Part shown: one piece after another, positions 59,386-64,000 of the stretch
Layout of the letters: every line of letters starts with the position of its first letter
Numbering within the stretch: the first letter of the stretch is position 1
NCBI GenBank assembly: GCA_965203555.1
Contig: CBDBCY010000004.1
Coordinates: 672,001 to 736,000 of the forward strand
Reading direction: 5' to 3'
DNA length: 64,000 bases
DNA from: Acidimicrobiia bacterium
Lineage (GTDB): Bacteria > Actinomycetota > Acidimicrobiia > Spongiisociales > ZC4RG35
Made by a program: the position numbers and the translations under genes
The notes under the pieces: model-generated
What the model was told of the DNA's origin: nothing
Seen by the model: the letters and a program-made list of their open reading frames with translations, nothing else
Databases searched by the model: none

Positions 59386-59680
59386 GAGCGAGTCGCGAAG
59401 GTTTTCTTGCAAAATCCTGATCAAATGCTTGTATTTTGTCTCAGGTCCAGGGCATATTGAAGTAACAAATATGAGAGTGCGGTCCGGATCGCCGGTCATC
59501 ATAATTCGGGTGCTGCCTCTGGTTGGGAGGCGCTGATGGATAGCGTCTTTTCCGTGAGCGGCCCGTTTGTTTAGCCGAATACTGGTTTGTTTCGGTTTCG
59601 GGTAGGCCTGCGCCTATCCGGAATTGTTGCGATGGTCAGGGGGCGGCGGGTCGGGAGGGGAAACCCAAATAGGAGGGGGA
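59386..59680 (+). repeat. Dispersed non-coding promoter plus structured RNA element, copy B
   Basis: Colinear with the reverse complement of 28500-28776; TGTCTC-N10-CATATT at 59437-59458. Confidence 0.85.
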
Positions 59681-59778
59681 TGCCGCGGTGCAAGAGTGGG
59701 AAAACCGGATGGCAGGGGTCCGGTGGCGGGTGGGGGATGGTGTCCCGGGTGGGAAGAGAGTCGGGGGAAGTGGTCTGT

Positions 59779-61026
59779 TTATTTTCGTTGTTTTATGGTG
59801 GGTCGGCGTTTGCGAGGGTAGCGGCGGTTGGGTCGGCGTTTGCGGGGATAGCGGTGGGAGGTGGGTTGGCGGGGTGGGCGTCCCCATTGGGTGGGTGGTC
59901 GGCGGAGGCTGTAGGTTCCTGCCGGTGACTGGTGTACTGTCCAGTCGTTGTCGTGTACTTTGTGGTGGCATCTGCTGCACAGCAGACACATGTTGTCCAG
60001 GTCGGTGGGGCCTCCGTCGGCCCAGTGGACGATGTGATGCGCCTGGCACCAGGCGGCTTTCGCTCCGCAGCCGACACAGTGTTGATCGCGGGCGATGAGC
60101 GCGGAGCGTTGGGCCGGGCTGGCTTTGCGTCTGGCCCGTCCCAGATCCAGGGGTATCGAAGACCCTGAGAAGATGGCGGGCAGGATCTGAGCGTCACAGG
60201 CCAGTTGACGAAACGCCCGGGCGGGAATGGGAGTCCCGTCCCCCAGGCGGGCATCTTTCAGTTGTTGATTGATGGTGTCGTAGTCGGCGATCAGCAACAG
60301 GCGCACATCCTGCGATCGACCGTCGTTTCCTTCCCGAGTAAGAAGTTCGGCCAAAGCGTCGGCCATTCTCTGTCCTGATGTGGCCCGGTTCCGGGGGTCT
60401 TCTTTGTGCCATAGTTGTTTCATCATGTGTGACACGGCCGTTTCCACCCGAGCACCGGTGACCGGATCGAACCTCCCATACAGGACAGTCATCCCGTCGT
60501 CTTGGTCGGTGGTGATCCTGGCGAACCTCCGCGAACGCTGATGCTCCAACTTCGAAACACCATCATCCCGGGCACGGGCCTGTTCGTGTTTGCGGACCGT
60601 CGCCGCGAACTTGTCAGGAGACTGGGAACGAGCATCATCCAACAACTCGTCCTCGTCGATCTCTCCCCGCTGGTTGGCGCCGGCGATGATCCGCGCGTTG
60701 TCGTGGGAGATCTCACCTTTGCGTAACCCTTTTCGCGTTTTTGGTAGTTCCTCCAATGCTTTGGCGGTTTCTACTTCTGACCGTGCTTTCCGACGGCCCA
60801 GCAGACCGTCGGTTTGTAACACCGTTTCTACCACCTCGGTGCCTTCCCGGCGGCGCAACTCCGACACGATCTCGGCGCGGATCGCCGCCGCCTGATTCTG
60901 AACACGGACAGTGGACTTCAACCGCTTGCGCAACTGCTCCAACGAAGCCTCCGAAACCGGCAAAGAAGGCACCAACAGGCGCACCCGATTGGCCACCGAT
61001 GTTCCGTTCATGTCTTTTCTGTTCAT
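59779..61026 (-). CDS. DUF222 (13E12-like) plus HNH endonuclease, copy 2
   Basis: Close paralog of 15808-17022 with long near-identical blocks (DDGVSKLEHQRSRRFAxITTDQDDGMTVLYGRFDPVTGARVETAVSHMM) and intact HNH/Zn motifs. Confidence 0.88.
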   Translation of the reverse strand: MNRKDMNGTSVANRVRLLVPSLPVSEASLEQLRKRLKSTVRVQNQAAAIRAEIVSELRRREGTEVVETVLQTDGLLGRRKARSEVETAKALEELPKTRKGLRKGEISHDNARIIAGANQRGEIDEDELLDDARSQSPDKFAATVRKHEQARARDDGVSKLEHQRSRRFARITTDQDDGMTVLYGRFDPVTGARVETAVSHMMKQLWHKEDPRNRATSGQRMADALAELLTREGNDGRSQDVRLLLIADYDTINQQLKDARLGDGTPIPARAFRQLACDAQILPAIFSGSSIPLDLGRARRKASPAQRSALIARDQHCVGCGAKAAWCQAHHIVHWADGGPTDLDNMCLLCSRCHHKVHDNDWTVHQSPAGTYSLRRPPTQWGRPPRQPTSHRYPRKRRPNRRYPRKRRPTIKQRK

Positions 61027-61033
61027 GCATACC

Positions 61034-61055
61034 AGTATGCACCAGGGGTGTGACA
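61034..61055 (-). promoter_or_regulatory. RecA-NDp/PafBC-like promoter of DUF222-HNH copy 2
   Basis: TGTCAC-N10-CATACT-N7-ATG. Confidence 0.6.
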
Positions 61056-61130
61056 AACAACACCACATAACACCAAGTTGTCAAAAGAAACACTAAAAGA
61101 AGGCTAGCCAAAGATGAACCGCCACGGGTT

Positions 61131-61892
61131 TCATCCAGAGATATTTAGCATCTTGGCATAACGAACGGACTGCTCGGCCTGTGTCCACATTGAGCAGTCG
61201 GCGCACTTGGCGCCGTTGCTGACCTCGGTCTGATAGTAGAGACAGCAGGCGTTTCGCTCCCACGACCACCGCATCCCCCCGCCGATCCGGACGACGCGAC
61301 CCGATCTCTGTAACTCATGGCGGGCAGTGGCGAAAAATCTTTCGACCAAGTGGCGGATCCGCTCGGCCTGGTCAGCAATCGACCCGACAAACGCGCCGAA
61401 GGACGCAGCACATGACGACCCGACATTGCCCCACAGAAGAGCTCTGCCTATGAGCATGGACCGGTGCGCGGCGTCTACGAACGGCGCCAAGTGCTCATCA
61501 ATCAGCATCCGGTGCAACACGGCCAAGTCGCCGTCGGCCGCCACCAACTCTGCACGGCGCAATCGGACCGCGTTGAGACGGTGCTGGTCCAAACGGATCG
61601 CGGTGGACTCTGGATGGATCGAGAGGACATCGCCCGACAGGACGAACGACCCGATGGCAACCGTAGCGATTCGGAATACATACCCTTGGGCGAACAGAGA
61701 CATCGCCGCCATATCATCTGCCCCCCAGGCCGCGGCGGTCGACCGCACGCTCTCCAACAGCAGCGACGGATCACCGATCAGATCGTCGCAGGCCAGCCAT
61801 CTCCGGCCGTCACCCGCTCTACCCACCCAGATGCGCAGATAGTCAACAGTCGCCAGAAGTTCTTCCACCATATCACAACTCCGGTTGCTCAC
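61131..61892 (-). CDS. FhuF-like ferric siderophore reductase, (2Fe-2S)-binding
   Basis: LWGN motif and C-terminal RNACCLYY...CADC. Confidence 0.82.
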   Translation of the reverse strand: MSNRSCDMVEELLATVDYLRIWVGRAGDGRRWLACDDLIGDPSLLLESVRSTAAAWGADDMAAMSLFAQGYVFRIATVAIGSFVLSGDVLSIHPESTAIRLDQHRLNAVRLRRAELVAADGDLAVLHRMLIDEHLAPFVDAAHRSMLIGRALLWGNVGSSCAASFGAFVGSIADQAERIRHLVERFFATARHELQRSGRVVRIGGGMRWSWERNACCLYYQTEVSNGAKCADCSMWTQAEQSVRYAKMLNISG

Positions 61893-61963
61893 ATCGCGCT
61901 CCCTTCAGTTCCGGCGGCGCTCCGGTGGACCCGAAGATACAGATCCAAAACCCCCGTTTTCAC

Positions 61964-61992
61964 TTGTCATCGAACATTTGTTCGACTACAAC
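61964..61992 (+). promoter_or_regulatory. LexA (SOS) box within a sigma-A-type promoter
   Basis: Perfect TCGAAC-ATTT-GTTCGA (61970-61985) fills the 17-bp spacer between TTGTCA and TACAAC. Confidence 0.85.
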
Positions 61993-62034
61993 TATACGGA
62001 TTCCCAACTGAATTTGCCTGCCGAAGGAGGTGCG

Positions 62035-62670
62035 ATGCGGGTCGCGTGTCTGCTCATCTCTCATCTGAGAGCCAAATCCGAGATGCGGAGCGACGTGCGC
62101 CTGAAGGACCGACCGGCGGTGATTGTCGACCGGAGCAGTTCCGGTCCCCTGGTGGTGGACCACACCTCCCAAGCCGTGGGAATAAGGGTCGGCATGACAT
62201 TGGAACAGGCTGTCTCCCATCATGCCGACAGCATCGTCCTGGAAGCCGACGAAATCTATTACCAGCAGGTGTTCGATGATGTGCTGTGGTCTCTGGCAGA
62301 CATTCAGTCACCGGGTGGAGGGCCCGGAACTCGGCACTGCCTATGTCCGCCTCGACGGCGTGCAGGCTCTCCTATGGCGATGAGGATCGGCTGGTACACA
62401 AGCTCTTGGAAGCCATTCCCGACGATCTGGCGCCGGCGGTGGGAGTGGGCGATGCCAAATTTCCCGCCTTCGTGGCGGCCCGGACCGGGAGGGCGATGGA
62501 AGTCACCTGGGCGCCTTACGATCCGGCCCGATTCTTCTCCTCCCACTCCATCGACCTGCTCCCCCTCTCAAGCGAGATGAAAACCAGTCTGGGTCTTTTG
62601 GGCCTTCACACCATGGGAGACGTCGCCAAACTGCCCAGGGATCTTTTGATCGACCAGTTCAGTCTGGAAG
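62035..62670 (+). pseudogene. ImuB/Y-family polymerase-like pseudogene
   Basis: SD GAAGGAGG; MRVACLLI...GIRVGMTLEQA.../SHRVEGPELGTAYVRLDG/YGDE...VGVGDAKFPAFVAA...LGLHTMGDVA; frameshifts near 62303 and 62371; 3' truncated. Confidence 0.75.
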
Positions 62671-62699
62671 GAACAGCCGGAGTGGTCCTGGAATGCAGT

Positions 62700-62990
62700 G
62701 GCGATCAAGCTCTGCCATGGAGAAGAGTAATCCATTTCAAGCCGCTCAGTGGCGAGGGTGCTCGAAGGCATGGAGGAAGATTCAACTCCCGTGGGATTCC
62801 GACGCTTATCTCTGCACAACCACAAAGTGCGCTCAAGCCGACAGGCACTCCAGTCATCAGCAATCAGGTCATCCAACATCACGCCGACAGTGGACCGAGT
62901 TTCTTCTCGGGTCAAATCCAGCACGGCAAGTCGCCGAGATTCTTTAGAGATAGCTGCGGGCAGCGATTTATGCGTGCCCTGTTTGCTGTA
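62700..62990. pseudogene. RES-domain toxin remnant, apparently internally inverted
   Basis: Plus strand PLSGEGARRHGGRFNSRGIPTL/YLCTT; adjacent minus strand VLDLT...VGVMLDDLIADDWSAC. Confidence 0.55.
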
Positions 62991-63106
62991 CCAAGTGAAC
63001 GGGCACCCACAACCACCGGTGACCCAGGCTTGGACACGATCGGTATCAAACTGATAGCGTACCGAACTCGCAACCCTGTGACCTGGTATAACAGCCTTAT
63101 TATTAG

Positions 63107-63190
63107 TGCCCGGGGTGGGATTTGAACCCACACGTCACAAGGGACACTGGATTTTAAGTCCAGCGCGTCTGCCCATTCCGCCACCCGGGC
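63107..63190 (-). tRNA. tRNA-Leu, anticodon UAA (bldA-type); CCA not encoded
   Basis: Acceptor stem GCCCGGG/CCCGGGC, anticodon arm CTGGA-CTTAAAA-TCCAG, long variable arm, T-arm GTGGG-TTCAAAT-CCCAC. Confidence 0.96.
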
Positions 63191-63400
63191 CCGCCATGCA
63201 AGATTGTAAGCCAAGCCATTGCCGTCTCACCCGACTGGCTTGACTCGAGTCTTTGTTGGGCACCGCGGGAATCCTGCCTCCTCTCGGTCATCACTGTCTC
63301 AATGCGGCGTTCCCGGCCACCCTTCTCCTCCATACCATAAATATATATTATTCTATATAGCAAAGTGAGGCCTCGCTCGTATAGAGAAGCACCACCGGCG

Positions 63401-64000
63401 TTAGGTGGCCGCCACTATTCCGTCCAACAGATCCGACTCCGAGATCAGTACCTCGGGGGCGGCCAACCGGCGAAGGGCCTCGTGGGCGATCACCGCTCCC
63501 GCCAGGATCATCGGCGCCCGGGCAGGTTCCAGCGAGGGGATGGCGGTGGTCTCCTCGACACTCATCTTGGCCAATTCCGCCAGCACAATCGCCAGTTGCG
63601 CAGCCGTTATGGTCGAGTGGTGAACCCGATCCGGGTCATAGCTCTCCAACCGGAGCGCCATGGCGGCCAAACTGGTCCAGGTGCCCGCCACCCCCGCCAC
63701 CTTGGGACGAAACGGCAGACTCACCGTGCCCAGGACCTGCGCAGTCTGCGAAAAAGCCCTATGGATCTGTGGGCGGGAGGGAGGACGGTCGGGCAAAACC
63801 GATTCGGTCATGCGAACCGAGCCGATATCCAAACTGACGCCCTCCACCACGCCTCCGGGGCCCAGCCACACGAATTCGGTGGATCCGCCGCCTATGTCCA
63901 CCACCATGAAGGCTTTCCGATCCGGTAGATCCGAAACGGCTCCGGCAAAGGACAGGCCGGCCTCTTCTTCTCCTGATATGTTCTCGGGCCTGACTCCCAG
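63401..64000 (-). CDS. ppx: Ppx/GppA-family phosphatase, 3' part (starts beyond window)
   Basis: ISGEEEA (hand-read), VVDIGGGSTE, DIGSVRMTE, GVAGTWT, SESDLLDG. Confidence 0.9.
   Translation of the reverse strand: MGVRPENISGEEEAGLSFAGAVSDLPDRKAFMVVDIGGGSTEFVWLGPGGVVEGVSLDIGSVRMTESVLPDRPPSRPQIHRAFSQTAQVLGTVSLPFRPKVAGVAGTWTSLAAMALRLESYDPDRVHHSTITAAQLAIVLAELAKMSVEETTAIPSLEPARAPMILAGAVIAHEALRRLAAPEVLISESDLLDGIVAAT

Noticed and set aside
59800-59860. PRKRRP as a eukaryotic nuclear localisation signal
   Set aside because: No secretion signal and no host information; a basic nucleic-acid-binding tail is simpler
59700-59900. G-quadruplex-like G runs on the template strand at the DUF222 3' ends (also 15870-15905)
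   Set aside because: Largely explained by Pro codons in the tail; no independent evidence
63154-63363. 69-aa ORF in the AT-rich patch upstream of the tRNA
   Set aside because: Runs into the tRNA and has no recognisable motif; at most a gene remnant
1-64000. CRISPR array or cas genes
   Set aside because: No regularly spaced repeat-spacer series seen; the HNH proteins lack RuvC motifs, so they are not Cas9/IscB

Overview
High-GC bacterial chromosomal window. Gene content and order point to an actinobacterium, probably Acidimicrobiia (inference). Most of it is housekeeping. It holds a dcw cluster (mraZ-rsmH-ftsL-ftsI-murE-mraY-murD-ftsW-murG-murC, no murF), dinB, a membrane pyrophosphatase, polX, a Tad/Flp pilus locus, ispD and a pyrC-pyrD-pyrE-pyrF block. 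It also holds the tlyA-nadK-recN-pyrG-NUDIX-xerD-scpAB-rluB-aroA-cmk run, a fused 2-oxoacid dehydrogenase E1, an ABC exporter, tRNA-Leu(UAA) and a partial ppx. Two accessory patches (about 15.7-18.8 kb and 59.3-63.1 kb) each carry a DUF222-HNH gene plus gene debris. Three things stand out. (1) An unannotated ~280-bp non-coding element occurs twice (28500-28776 minus, 59386-59680 plus), with a promoter and several hairpins whose pairing is conserved despite sequence change. (2) The two DUF222-HNH genes share a sharply bounded ~70-bp 5' flank, suggesting a discrete mobile unit. (3) All four of these loci, plus a fifth site, carry the same TGTC-N12-CATNNT promoter architecture, which resembles the LexA-independent (RecA-NDp/PafBC) DNA-damage promoter. 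Smaller finds are an mraW-like RNA hairpin over the rsmH start, a probable CUG start for tlyA, a missed 43-aa membrane protein and a perfect SOS box before an imuB-like pseudogene. No CRISPR array was seen. All calls are by eye; no searches were run.
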